Source: Macrostomum lignano (lineage: Eukaryota). Taken from it: a stretch of 64,000 bases of DNA. A program made the translations under genes and the position numbers. This document shows, in pieces, positions 26,203 through 39,600 of the stretch. The stretch spans positions 557,159 to 621,158 of the forward strand of contig NIVC01000157.1 of NCBI GenBank assembly GCA_002269645.1, in the 5' to 3' direction. Under the pieces are notes generated by a model. The model made no database searches. It worked only from the letters and a program-made list of their open reading frames with translations, and had not been told where the DNA came from. The stretch's first letter is position 1; the number at the start of each line of letters is the position of its first letter.

Positions 26203-26670
26203 ATGGACAGATGGTTCGAATCGGCATCTGCTGGCGAAGAGTCTGTAAATTCAGCGAGTGTTGGGTCTACACAACAAGCCTATGCAAACCAACGCGAAGG
26301 TGTGCAATCGCCGCATGTTGTACTACAACATCCAACTAGACAAGAACACCGAGAGCATCCCGGTGAGTCTAGTAGCGCTGAATTCCACGATCTGAACACA
26401 GTGGCCGCGACTCGGAATCGATCTGATTCGCAATCTACCGTGCTGCTAGTGTCATCGGACTCAGATTCGGATTTGGTTGGGACCCTGTCTGCGCCAATCG
26501 TAATCTCGTCAGGCGTAGACTCAGACGAAGAGGCTGTCGCGTCTCGCAACGCAAACGATCGGGCCAATGCTCTGCACAGAACAGCGAGAGTTTTGGCGAA
26601 CAGGATCGCAAGACGCCGCCTAAATCGTCAAGGGCACAACACCACCAATGATCGTAGCAGAGCCGATTAA
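26203..26670 (+). CDS. Orphan disordered protein (155 aa) with a basic C-terminal helix
   Basis: acacaATG start context, GC-enriched ORF, AATAAA at ~26708. Confidence 0.5.
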   Translation: MDRWFESASAGEESVNSASVGSTQQAYANQREGVQSPHVVLQHPTRQEHREHPGESSSAEFHDLNTVAATRNRSDSQSTVLLVSSDSDSDLVGTLSAPIVISSGVDSDEEAVASRNANDRANALHRTARVLANRIARRRLNRQGHNTTNDRSRAD

Positions 26671-26889
26671 GTACGAGCTACCACCATCTGCCAGCGTGTT
26701 GTTAATTAATAAACAAGAATCGCGCTTCTTTTATAACTTTGTTTAACGTTGTATTCTTATATTGTTGATAATATAAAGTTTACTAAGCAAAAATGTTCAC
26801 ATTGATTTATGCGAAACATTATCGAAATTGAGTCATTGAAGCGTATCTACACGGAGTTCAGTGCTGTGAAACGAAAATATCAGAAATTT

Positions 26890-27640
26890 ACTCATGTGAA
26901 ACAAATCCAAACAGAATAGAGTTGCGTGAAGCCAAGCTGTCCAAAATTGAGTTGTCTGAAGCCAAATCTGTCCAAATTGAGTTGTGTGAATCCAAATCTG
27001 CCCAAATTTGGACTGTGTGAAGCCAAACTGCCCAAATTTAAGATGCACGAGGCCAATCTACCCAAAATTGAGTTCTGTGAAACCAAACTGGCCAAATTGT
27101 CAAGCTGACCAAAACAGATCTGTGTGAAACTAAGCTGACCATAAATGAGTTGTGCGAGGCCAAGCTGACCAAAATTGAACTGTGTGAAACTATGCTGACC
27201 ATAACTGAGCTATGCGAGGTCAAGCTGACCAAAACAGAGTTGTGTGAAACTAAGCTGACCATAACTGAGCTGTGCGAGGCCAAGCTGACCAAAACAGAGT
27301 TGCGTGAAACTAAGCTGACCATAACTGAGCTGTGCGAGGCCAAGCTGACCAAAACAGAGTTTTGTGAAACTAAGCTGACCACAAATGAGCTGTGCGAGGC
27401 CAAGCTGACCAAAACTGAGCATCGTGAAACGGAGCTCCGATCAAAATTGAATTGTGTGAAGCCAAACTGACCAAAACTGAGCCGTGTGACAAGATGCCGA
27501 TCAAAACTGAGTAATTCGAGGCCAAGCCGATCAAGACTGAGGTGTGCGGGGCCAAACCGATAAAAAATGAGAGCTATATGAAAATAAACTGATCAACAAC
27601 TGATCAAAAACTGAGTTGTGCATAACGGATCCGTCATAAC
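26890..27640 (+). repeat. 15/30-bp minisatellite encoding pentapeptide-like repeats (AKLTK-TELCE)
   Basis: Tandem gagttgtgtgaaactaagctgaccataact units; ORFs 26926-27108 and 27150-27470. Confidence 0.8.
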
Positions 27641-28129
27641 TTGATTTGTGTGAAAGTGTGAAAGTATGAAAGTACGAAATTAATTCATGTGAAACATAAT
27701 CACACGAGTTTGATTTGCGTGAACATGATTTCAGAGATTTTTAATCAGCAACAATCCAATGAGCAAAGACGACAGTCGGAGATTTTTAACCAGCTACGTC
27801 ACCCATATAGATAGCCGCAGTTGCTGATCCCGGCCAGTTCACACAAGGGATAATAAGTCGGTTAAAAGTCTCTTGTGTTAAAAGGTATGGTAGGAGATTA
27901 TAAACTGATCCAAAAATAGAAGCAGCTGGGTTTCGCACATAGACTATTTGCAGATTCTGAAGGAGACACATCACGCTTTAATACAAAGCTAGCTCATCTT
28001 CTCCACTCTCTTCTCTAATCTTTAATCTCTTCTCTCTTATGTTCTCATTTATATCTTCTCATCGCATCTCTCGTCTCTCCTCTCCTCTCATCACTACTTT
28101 CCTCTCTTACCTGTCTCATCTTTGATCTT

Positions 28130-28307
<178 letters not shown>

Positions 28308-28419
28308 CGCTTCTCTCTCCTCTCTCTTCTCTTCTCTACTACATTATTTATATCTTCTCCCTTGTCTTTCGTCTGTATTCTCTCCTGTCTCATTGCTCTC
28401 CTTTTTTCTCGTCTATTCT

Positions 28420-30101
28420 CTCTCCCTCCTCTCTCATCTCTCATCCCTCATCCACTCTTACTTTCTACTCTACTCTCCCATCTATTCTATTTCCTCTGTA
28501 CGATCTTATCCCTTGTCTATTCTCTCACCTATCACCTCTCTTGTCTCTCTCTTTTATCTTTTATCTCCCACAAAACAAAACAATAACAAAATAATCAAGT
28601 TACTCCAAACGCAGGGCGTAGCCAGGATTTTGATTTTGATTTTGATTTTGATTTTGAGTGATGGGATGGAGGGGCCGCGAGTTAGGTGGCGCCAGCTTCT
28701 TATGTGGGGGTGCCAGTTTCTTTTAAGGGAGGGGGTGGGGCACCAGTTTCTTTTAGGGGGAGGGGTGGGGGAGCGCCAGTTTCTTTTTATTTCCTTACAC
28801 CCCCCCTCTGGCTACGCCCTGCTACAGGTCGTATTTCAGTCTATATTACATTACAGCCGGTCAGGGTACTGCAGGAAAAGAAGACGATTTTTTGTTTAGT
28901 TATTGTATATGTGTGCACTATATGACCAGCTTATTACAATGTATACAATATATACGTGTTCAACTATCATATTTAAACTCTATTACAGAATCCAATGTAT
29001 ATAATACTATACTCACTGGATCCAGACCGATGGCCAGTCGGCTGGCCCTGTCCAGCCGGTCACCCCAGCGGCCGGCGGCCCGACGCGCGTCGGCCTTGTC
29101 GCGCTCTATGGCCCGATGTTGGCCGGGTGTCGCCGGGCCGTAGGCGCCAGCCGCTACGGCCGCCGCCTCGGCCTCCACAGCCTTGACGGCCGCGGCCGCC
29201 AGCTGCCACATACGAAAACAATGTCTGTGTAATAGGATTTTGGTTCGGTACGGATATCGTATTAGTTGATGTCGTTGGTGGTGGCACACTATATAATAAA
29301 TAAATAAATAAATAATTAAGACATTCATATAATGCTACTTACGATACGTATGTGACGACCGGCTGACCGCGACCGTCGACTTCCAGTACTGCGTTGTCGG
29401 ACATTTCTGCAGGAAAATGCAAGCATTATCCCATTATGTTGCGCATATTTCGATAAATGATAAATAACAATAAATATATTGACAACAATAATAAAAGAAA
29501 TCGACTTACTGTTTGCCTTGAATCAACCAATTGAAATTGAAATTGAAATTGAAATCGAATGGATTTGTCGGGTGATTTTATAAGTCGACTCAACTTAACT
29601 GTGTGCACAGTTTACACAAGACAATCGTCTATGGCAAAATGTCAATAGTTTGTGTTGATCGATCGATATTTAGTCTATGGTTCTTTGTTGAAAATATTGT
29701 TATCGTTCTCTTGTAATACATATTGATAGATGGATATAGTTTCAGTGTGTACTTTTACACTGAACATAGCAGCAACAGAATACAGCGTACTGTACACTAA
29801 ACAAGCTACATGAATTGCCATAGACTAAATAGTCTGACACACACTATCTAATCTGTGCCAGCGAATGCTTACTGTCAAGAACAAAACGGAACAAAAGCTT
29901 GCTTCAATTGACTGCAGTCTGACTGATGAGATGCGTATCGACCGGAACCTGATGAAGGTGGCAAAGTTAGTTGCCTTATAATTGAGTGCTGCATGGGTTC
30001 GAATCCCATATGGTCTGAGTTTTTTTTTCTGTTTAAAGTTTTTTTTAGAGCAAACAGATTTTCAGTATTTTTTATTTCTCTTACTCTTATGTTTTTTATA
30101 C
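28420..30101 (+). repeat. ~1.7-kb direct repeat, copy 2
   Basis: Colinear with 2380-4080. Confidence 0.9.
28851..29404 (-). CDS. 3-exon small orphan protein (95 aa), MW..YG..W..R family, copy 2
   Basis: Exons 29343-29404, 29017-29224, 28851-28868; all splice sites and the YPDRL* end are conserved with copy 1. Confidence 0.75.
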
Positions 30102-30484
30102 AAAAAACAGTAGAGTGAATGCAAAATATTAAGACCGAATTTTAAACTTTACATTTTTAATGAGTAGTTTTTTAACCAATGAGAAGACTGAAAGGACTGA
30201 ATAAAGATGAGACTGGATAGACCAGCCCTCCCCCCAAAAAATGTGCAATTTTTAACTGATGACTACTGGTACATGTACAGTACAGAAAAAATATTAAAAA
30301 TATCGTCAGTTGAGTACGAGACATGAGATGAGATGAGAATCAGGTTGATGAAAAGAACGACTGGAGACGACTGAAGACATTGACAAGAGAGGAGTGAAAC
30401 TGAGTGAAGAAAATTTGACAAGAGGCCGGTGAGATTGACTGCCGACACAGACTCCGAAGCCGAGATCGACAGCCGAGTGAGAGA

Positions 30485-30845
30485 ATATGCCGCCGGCCCA
30501 ACTCCAAAGCAGAGACCGACAGCCCAAGTAGAGCAACGAATATGCCGCTTGCCCAACTCCGAAGCAGAGACCGACAGCCCAAGTAGAACAACGAATATGC
30601 CGCCGGCCCAACTCCGAAGCAGAGACCGACAGCCCAAGTAGAGCAACGAATATGCCGCCGGCCCAACTCCGAAGCAGAGACCGACAGCCCTAGTAGAGCA
30701 ACGAATATGCCGCCGGCCCAACTCCGAAGCAGAGACCGACAGCCCAAGTAGAGCAACGAATATGCCGCCGGCCCAACTCCGAAGCAGAGACCGACAGCCC
30801 AAGTAGAGCTGCGAATATGCCGCCGGGCCCAACTCCGAAGCAGAG
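30485..30845. repeat. 55-bp tandem repeat, ~6.5 units, probably in an LTR-element leader
   Basis: gccgccggcccaactccgaagcagagaccgacagcccaagtagagcaacgaatat units starting at 30489, 30544, 30599, 30654, 30709, 30764, 30819. Confidence 0.9.
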
Positions 30846-31080
30846 ATGCGAGAGACATTAAGCGAAGAGTTGAGAACGTGTTCACGAAGCGACGAAAAGC
30901 GAAGAGAGGCCGACAGATCAGGCGATTGAGAATCTAGCAGACAAAGCGATGAGGCCGACAGACGAAGCGATGAGCGACGATGACGAGACGACGAGACAAT
31001 GACGAGACGATGCGTGACAAACAAAGTCAGCCAGCCAAGCTGGCACTTAATTCAACTAACTGCATCTTAGGTTCTATTTT

Positions 31081-31431
31081 TGTTCGGGCGCCATGTAGAG
31101 AAAAATAGACTAAAAAACTAGAAGTTGAACTGGATGTTGAATACTGTTGAAAATTGAATACTAAGATAAGCCAGTAAGTGGGCGCAGGGCCCAAACAAGT
31201 ATATTTATACCAGACATTTACTTAGGGGGGTTGAATTGCAGATAATAAAGAGAGGGGTGGAGTGCGCGACTAAATAGAGAGGCGAGAATAGAGAACCAAT
31301 CAGAAGGCAGCAAGGGAGAGAGAGAGATAAGAATAACAAGATTGAGCTAGACAGAGAGAGAGAGAGAGAAAAAACAGAGTAAACAGAGACAAGTGAAGGT
31401 GAACTAAGAAATGACTAGGAAAGTCGCAACA
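31081..31431 (-). mobile_element. LTR (31094-31431) plus tRNA-Lys PBS (31081-31093) of a truncated LTR element inserted into gag
   Basis: Minus strand TGTTG...TACA followed immediately by TGGCGCCCGAACA (13-nt match to the tRNA-Lys3-type PBS). Confidence 0.7.
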
Positions 31432-31759
31432 GTGACTGGCTCACCAGGTAGTTGCTGCATTGTAAAAAACGTGCGCGTTCTGCGATAGTAAGCTTCTCCT
31501 TCGGCCGCAGATAGGAGGTGAGTGCTGCTCGGATGTCAGTAAACGACAAATCTGTTACAGTGCACGGTGATATTAGGCTTTGCAGGTTTTCCAATGTAGT
31601 CAGTCCACAGCAAGCAAGAAAGTTGTCAGCGATGGTTTTCCTCTCAGTAGTATCGGACCAGCCTTTGGCTCTAGCAAGCGCTTCAAAGGCAGTTAGCCAG
31701 ACCTGGGCACGGTCGGGCTTGTCTAGCGGTAGTTCGGCCAGCGAGGATGGCGACGCCAT
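31432..31759 (-). pseudogene. gag: Ty3/Gypsy gag N-terminal fragment, interrupted by the LTR insertion
   Basis: WLTAFEALARAKG...YLRPKEKLTIAERARF, then Q-PGE-V in a shifted frame, cut at the LTR. Confidence 0.7.
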
Positions 31760-32114
31760 TGTTGTGTATCGTTCTTTGCAGATAACAGTTGTATTTTAAC
31801 TTAGGAAATAAGATGTAAGCATAGCAGGTCTTAAAGAAAGAAAAGGAAAGCTGGGGCCTTTAGCTGCTTTGGTGGGGAATTGAGGTCGTAGATATAACTG
31901 TAAAGAATCAAGGCTAACATTGAAGGAATAAGTAACGGTGGGGGAGCGATTCATAACAAGTAACAGTGAGGGCGATTCTTCAAGGCACAACATCAACTAA
32001 ATGAATTATATAAAAAAGCCGAATTAAAGCACCCAAGCTTAAATCAGGGAGTGTTGAAATACGGTTTAACATGATATGTTTATTAGTATGGAGTTATTCT
32101 TTTGGATTTTTTTG

Positions 32115-32630
32115 GTAGTGTGGATTCTTTATAATTGTTATTATAAACAGGCATTTACTCACTTGTTCAATTGGTCAAGTTGCCGTCAGTTAGCTATCCA
32201 TGATTATTAGATGTTGGGTTATTTGTAACGCTTATAATAAATGGTCGAACTGTTGGCTGTGGCTGGAATTCGAATTTAACTAAAGGTTAATGAATAATAC
32301 ATTCAATTTCTTTTGTGTCTGCCTGACACATTTAATCTATTGGGGGACAGAGAGATAGAGAGATGGTTGGCAAAATACAACGTTGTGGTAGCCTAGCCCG
32401 TCTATATAGTATGGAATTGGAAGAGAGAGCGCCGCGTTTGTACACGGACGGAAAGACAGACAGACAGACAGCGAATAACCGACCGCACATCGTCGTCTTG
32501 TGCGTACAACGGACCGTTGTGCGTTCATCATTTGATATCAAATTGGTTTGCTAGCTAGTTAGACAGGCTAAAAGAGCGCGTGCGTGGAAGTTTAGGGGTT
32601 TCGATCGATCAATGAAAGTACAGTGTTGGG
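32115..32630 (-). repeat. ~0.5-kb inverted repeat, right arm
   Basis: Reverse complement of 5577-6090. Confidence 0.9.
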
Positions 32631-33249
32631 CGGGGGGCCACCCGATTTAGTTAATTGTTACTAGCGCTAATAAGTTGATTAATTGAGTCTACGAGAGCCA
32701 CTTATCGTTGACACATTTGAGAAAGGCCTCCTTGTTTCCTAGGATACATTCCTAGAGGATATATTGATTTGAATTGAGTTATCCGTTACGTTTCGGACGT
32801 AACGAAGAAGATGCCCTTCAGGAGGACCGATTACGAAAAGTTAGAGTATTCAATTGTTCATAAGGGCGCACGTGCACGTTCTATTGTTTATTCCGAGCTC
32901 GAGGACCGTCAAGAATTCTGATTCGCTCTCGTCTTGGTCGACCCACAGATAAAGACTCCAAGAGACAACCGCTGCTCACCGGAACCGGCCGCCGCCCAAC
33001 TCAGCCAAGTCAGACAGCGCTGCCTACTACAAGAACCAGACGTCTACAAACTACGAGAGGAGCCGCTCTAGTAAGAGTTATTTGAATTGGTACATACCTA
33101 GGCACTTGTTCCCCAGTGTCTAGAAGTGGGAGTTATTGAGTGACTGATCACCACTCAATATATAAACTCTTCAACATTTTCTTAAGAACCAATTCCTTCT
33201 GATAGTAACTTTGGTAATAACTGTATTTCACTATCTTGGAGCTGAACAC

Positions 33250-33545
33250 CGGTTTATCAGGCGCTGCTAGTTCATCTAGACGTGGGCCAACTAGGTGACC
33301 TGCTAGACGACGATGGTACCCTACTGATCAAGAGCCCAGGTTTTCAACCGCCGTCACTCACACTGGCAGCCAATATCCAGAATCTACTGAATGTGTTCGG
33401 CGAGCTGGTCAACTGGTTGAGACAGTCGCCATTGGAACAGCGCACCTGTGAAGTCTGTCTACTACTAGGTGTACATCAGGTTCAGGCTCCAACATCACAC
33501 ACGCAATGGGGATAAAGGCGCGCTTCCAGCATATCATTGATCATT
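33250..33545 (+). pseudogene. Degenerate paralog of ORF 22322-22861
   Basis: Protein similarity over ~75 aa, then an internal deletion and stop; the aaaggcgcgc..cagca.atcattgat tail is shared. Confidence 0.7.
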
Positions 33546-35813
33546 GATGCTCATATGCTATTGTAAATACCTGTATAATATAATGCATTGTTTCACACAG
33601 ATTAGCATTTGCCTGCTTATGTGTTTGCTTGTTTATTTTTTTATCTGTTTGCTTATCAAAATGTGAATGTAGATGTATATGATAGCACATAATTGATTGA
33701 ATTGTTTATATTGTCAATTAATGTTTGATTGGTTATAAAAAATTCCTAATGAATAAATAGTATATGATTATTTGCATATTATAATTATCTGTTTTTGCAT
33801 AAAATATATAAAAAAGATAATCAATTGGATAAATACTTGATTCTATAATAGAATTAGAGACATTACATTGTCAGAATAAACTGTGTGATATGTAATTGAT
33901 TGTAATAAGGTCAACTCTTAGGCAAGAATACGATATATTAAGACAAAACTACTACAACTTGGTGTTTTAACAGTGAGATTTGGGATAAAGAAAAATTAGT
34001 TCTATTATGACTAGGTGATATCTTATAGGATTACACAGACAGGACTCGATAAGTACTACTACAAATTGGTGACAAATGGTGGGATTTTCATAGATAGAAC
34101 AAAACCACTTAGTGCAATTGCATTAACCTATGCTCATAGCACGTGTTTGTATGGAGAAGAATAAAACATCATATGCTCGTATTATTCCAACAGCTCCGCC
34201 CTCAAGCAGCCATATTAACATCTTACCCACTCCTCTTCAATAATAAATTAATATAAATAACGTTTTTCTGATTCTAAGCTGAAAGGAGATTTGCACAGAC
34301 ACCGGAACCATTTACGGTAGTTATGTGAATTCTATGCAGTATGTAGTATGTCAACCACATCTCCCGAAGAGATGTGGCTTTGTATAAATGCATAGTTGAA
34401 ATAGTTGATTACATGAAAACAAATCCATAGCATAAAGGCCTACAGCTTATTTTATTTTGCATGAAATATCAGATAAAACATTTTAACTTACATAGCAGGA
34501 GTTCGCTGAAAACTGAAACGAAAGCTAGTGAGAAGTTTGGCGTGGCTCAATCTGTGTGTGTCTGACGGAATCAGCGGAATATATTCATGTTTAAACCCCC
34601 TTCGTGCGTGGGGGAGAGAAAGGGAGGCAGCCAGTTTACGGCCCAGATATTGGACGCGAGCAGTAAAAAACTCCAGCAAAACTGGTGGGGTGAGGAAAGA
34701 GGAGAGGAGAGTAAGGCTGCAACCTGCACAAGCATTTACGATGGTTATCGATCGGTTCTGTTTTCTGGACCAACTTGAACACGGTTTGCCTTGGAATATC
34801 GTGTAGTTGTAGCGGTCTCGCTTTGCTTACTTTGCACACAGCGCCAGGCAGTGAATCTGTACTGTAGCGAACTAAAATTAATCACGCCTCCTGTTTGTTT
34901 AGCAGCTTTTTCGCATGGAAAACTGGGTTTGAGTAATTCTAGAGTTCGGGAATATTTGGTAAGCATGTGCGCTGGAGTTTAAATTACCCCTAATACAGAG
35001 TGTTGCTTACACGGAAATTTCTAGAAGGCTGGATAACCATAAATCACCCATGTTCGATTAGGCCAATGACGATCTGAAAAGACAGAAATGGAAAGGGCAA
35101 CCAAAGTTTACAAGCTCGAAGTCAAAACTCAGAATCACGAATCAGAAGTCAGAACCGCGCGCTGTACGCAGGCTTTACAAATTTACGCAGCTGATTAAAA
35201 TTCTTTGGGCACTACTTTAAGCAGACGTGAGAGAACGAAACTGGTAATATTATATATTGGTACCGTATGTCCAAACGGCCCTTGGCGGGGCTACTTAAAC
35301 TGACGTCACAGACGGTACCTCTCATTGTCGACTTTCGCATATGGTCCGCGCCCCTGATTTCCTTCTCCGTCAGCAGTGACAAAGCTGGCGCTACTTTCCG
35401 CGTCACTCATTCTTGCTTATTAACGGCTTTTAAAATAAATACGCGAAATAAGTGCCCCCAGGATTAAATTGAGTGGAACGAAACAGCATATTTGGCCATA
35501 GACATATCTCTAGTGACGGCGGAATGAATCGGAATTCTCTATTGCGGATTAAATTGAGTGATTCTAGGACCAAATTGACCGGGAAATGCTATATTTTAAG
35601 CAGCCTGAACTATATGTAACTTTAAATGCAAGCGCTTTTTATGCGCTTCAATACGAGTATGGTACCAATTTTGAATTGAATGAATTTCATCCCATCATCC
35701 CGTTCATGCATGCGGTACCTGTTTCTGCATATGTCTCATTTTCAGGTTTTCGGTATTTTGAAAGCTGTGTTTTTTCGCAGCTGCAGCCAAGACAAATATC
35801 ACTGAGTATAAAG

Positions 35814-35992
35814 CAATGACGTAGGCGGGGGGGGCGACCCCCACCCAATATCCTGCGGGGTGACGGAGGTCTGTGGTGCGGCGGCCTCCAGGATGAGTAC
35901 CACTTTCTGTTCCATCTTTTACTGGCCTGACTGGGTATTTTTTACAAACTTCCTAATGGGGGGCCATGGAAAATCCTGGGTACATCACTGGT
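35814..35992. mobile_element. Possible hAT-like MITE
   Basis: Imperfect TIRs CAATGACGTAGGCGGG / CCTGGGTACATCACTG with G/C runs, resembling the 2584-2775 MITE type. Confidence 0.35.
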
Positions 35993-37176
35993 ATCAAGAT
36001 TCCAATGCCTGAAATGTTTGTGGACAAGAATATCATCCCTATCGTTTCAGCCTTCTCTTTATTCTTAAAAATTCAAATAAAATGACTTAAACAGCCAGAG
36101 ACCCACAGACTGCAATAGGATAAGTTCTTCGAATTGTGCTTCGGAATAAAATCAAATGTGTGCAAGTTTACAGTTTTGAGTTTTCTTTTTTTTATTTGTT
36201 AACCTAATTAATTGGGATTTGGCGCGGGATTGAGGAGCCTACGAGAACCCTAGTGCCCGTGACTTGAAAGAATGAAAAGCCCGTGACTGTTATTGAATTA
36301 AGCCATAGACAGCTGTCAGTGCCTTGATGCGCAAAACTCTAAGTCAAAATTAAAATCGTCACAATATACTAAATCTCTTAGATCCGACCGGTATTTCAGT
36401 CTAGAGCCTGAATGCCTGAACCGATTTTTTTCAAACTTGCTTTATTCAATTGGAAATTTTTACGGGATTATGTATGACTAATTTGATTGTTTATATTTAC
36501 AACGATGTCCCTTTAAAGTTGAGAGAACCTGTTTTTGCCTATGCTTTTAGTGTTTTAGTATTTTTGTTGTTCGCAGTCAGAGCCAGTTATGACTCGGGTC
36601 CATAGACTAACAACATCTTCTTTGTTTGCACCTTCGAACGGCCCCATTGATGTATTGCTTGAGTTGACGAAAGTTGCGTGGATCGCAAAAGTCGTTAATC
36701 TACGGTTAACTCTGATGGCTCGCGGTCGAGCTACGAGTAAAAGCGCTGCCCAGAAAAATTGCGAGTCAAAAAAGCGCCGTAGAGAGGAGATTGCTGACGT
36801 TCGGGAGCAGCGCCTGCAAGAAAGGCGACAGGGCAAGCAGAGACGCCTTGCTGCAGAATCTCCGACAGTTTGTGACGCTCGACTGCAAGCCAAGCGAGAG
36901 CGCTCATGTCAGCGTAGAGCAGAAGAGTCGCCGGCTACGCGAGATGCCAGACTGCAAGCTGAAAGAGAGCACTACCGAGAGTATTTAGATCACGAAGGGT
37001 GCAACAACATGTAAGAATGTTTTGAATTTTTTGTAGACTAAGTACTTGATTTTATACTTCGAGCGTATATTACAATGCTAACAAGGACAAATATTCCTTT
37101 TTTACACAGAAAAATCTCGCAGTCTCGTGTCATCTACGCCTAGAAATGTGCCCATCAGGCCTCGCAAGTCATCTCG

Positions 37177-37587
37177 ATGTCCGGTGATGGCAACTTCTGG
37201 TTTTATGCTGTACAGCACCATTTGATTGGAAGTCCAGTTTACAGCCACGTGACTCCTCAGCAGCTACGGCAGCTTATTAGTGAGCGGTCTCGCCCTTTGC
37301 TTGAAGCACAACGAGAACTGCTACAGGCTGACGGACTGACAGTCGAAGGAGTTCTTCATGACACACAGCGGGATGGAGTTGAGGTCCATGATTCAGTTGC
37401 GGCCTTGCTGAACCAGCTGCTTGATGTCGACTATGCTATCTATCAGTTTGACGATAACGACAGAACTCAGCTGCAGCTGGTGCAGTCGGCCTCCGCAGCT
37501 ACTCAGCCTCCTGTTGCCACAGTCCGGCTCCTGTACAACCTCCACCTCAGGCACTACGATGTGGTGAATTTTACTACTCCTAAGTGA
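37177..37587 (+). CDS. Helitron OTU-like protease domain (catalytic Cys replaced)
   Basis: GDGNFWFYAV (canonical GDGNCxFRA) and C-terminal HYD motif. Confidence 0.75.
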   Translation: MSGDGNFWFYAVQHHLIGSPVYSHVTPQQLRQLISERSRPLLEAQRELLQADGLTVEGVLHDTQRDGVEVHDSVAALLNQLLDVDYAIYQFDDNDRTQLQLVQSASAATQPPVATVRLLYNLHLRHYDVVNFTTPK

Positions 37588-38235
37588 GTTTGCCTTTATT
37601 TCATTTAATTAGGAAGTATCTGTGCTCTGTGCTTTCAAATTTAGTTGGGGAAATTCAGTTTACTTGCGTTGTTGAAATCACATTTGTTCATATCATGTCT
37701 TAAGCCGTGCATAATTTATCAATCTTGCACCCTTGGCAGTATGTCCCAGCACAATGCGCCGCCAACCTGGTGTAGGAGCACATTATCTGTAGAGCCTGAT
37801 CTTTCTGCTGATGGCGTTTGGTGAGCTGCATTTTTCGGACATTATAGTCCACAGAATCCATGCCTACTTAATAAATCAATAAAATACCCGTACGATAACG
37901 ATTATGAAGTAATTTCTGGATTTCTGGATATGTCTATCCAGAAAGCATAGACATACAAAATATCTTTGTACAATCCATTCTTCACGGAACTTTAGTGTTC
38001 TATGCTTTCTGGACGAAAAATCTGTCATTTAACCATTCCAATTAACTTTACATGGTAATGGCAGCTCTGCTTACCCAGCGGCGGCACCTGCAACCATATT
38101 GAAGGACGGCCCTGAGCTGCGGGAAAGCAACCAGACATCTGACCTATCTGATGAAGCGGATGAAGGGAATCAGTGAGTTTGTATGCTTCATTTTTTCTTC
38201 TTTATTCTGTCAAATAAAATAACAAATATTAGACG

Positions 38236-38683
38236 TGTTGTGAGCCCCGTCCTCCGGAGCAACGCCTACAGCTTTAACCTGTCGGGAAGCTGCGACCCCC
38301 AGGTCCCCAGTCAGAGCTCCCGTCCCGTGCCCTAGGGAGAAGCAGAAAAAGGACAGTAACTCGCGAACACGAACTTACACACCGTAGCCGATGCAGTTCG
38401 CTGTGCACTTTTTATGGTAGATCGATGAGTCGTTTTAGTCAATAGCCAACGGAGGCGGACCAACGCGCGCAAGGGAGGAGTCTGCCCTCCAGACAGCGAC
38501 TATATATTTTTCATTGGTCCTACGCGTACATGAATATACCTTAAGAACAAATGTACGGTACAGCAGGGGAGGTGGGGCGGGGTGGCGTGATCGGCGTACG
38601 CATTGATTATTGATTGGAGGGGTGGGGCAGACTGGAGGGTTGGGGCGGGGCAGGAGGGCGAGAAAGGGCACGATTGCACAACA
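38236..38683. mobile_element. Solo LTR in a Helitron intron
   Basis: TGTTGTG...CACAACA termini with 4-bp TSD GACG. Confidence 0.8.
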
Positions 38684-39600
38684 GACGTATGTCAGCCTTA
38701 TATTAGGCTTAGAATAAAGGGTATCTTACAGTGTTTTTAGGTAAATCTAAAATCAGTATATTTTATACCTGCATTCACTCACAGAGCTGACACCTCAGTT
38801 CCGCCAGACTGGCAGGGCCACCGGATCGCGCATGTTTGCGCATGTCTGTGCGTTAGTATACCAAAAGCGCGGTAAGTCCTCTGTGATTACTGTGTGTGTA
38901 TGTGTTTGTGTGTGTGTTTTTATTATCGTTGACTATTTAATGTAATAAATGACACTACACAGATTGGTAAATTGTGTTTAGAGCTTGATGCACTAATTAA
39001 TTCTGCTAGTAACGAGAAATACATTTTTTCAGCAACTTTTGATTCGGATTTAATGCTAAACTCTTGACAGGATTTCCTCACGTGCATCTGCTTTTGTAGC
39101 TGGCCAGCGGGCACCGTGTGACTCCAGACCGGTACGACGAAATCGTGTCTGCGGAAATCTTGGACCCAAAGGCTGAACCCGTGCTGCATGAGCTGGAAAA
39201 AATGCACATGGTGCATGGGCCCTGCGGCAGAGACAACCCGAGGTGCCCCTGCATGGAGAACAACCAGTGCAGCAAGCACTTCCCGAAGGAATACCAGCCG
39301 GCCACTCTGGTCAGTAACTCTGGCTACCCTCCCTACCAGAGGCGGACCCCAGAAATGGGGGGGTTCTACGTGGACAAACCGTTCAGAGGTGGCACCATTC
39401 GCATGGACAATCGGTGAATTTGAATGGCATTGTTTGACGGATTGCTCAGCAAGGCGAAAATTAAAGGAACACGGTTTTGTATTTGATTATGCCCGTGGGC
39501 TAAATAGAGTAGCGCGGTGCGTAAAAGCAAGTGGTGTCATAGACTACGAGTAAAAGTCATTAGACTAGCCGCCACACACCTCCCCCCCCCCAGCACCAAG

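Noticed and set aside
30485-30845. 55-bp repeats as a CRISPR array
   Set aside because: Head-to-tail tandem units with no unique spacers, no cas genes, and a eukaryotic context.
32641-33250. Possible LTR or short retroelement
   Set aside because: No clear TG..CA pair, PBS or TSD could be established.
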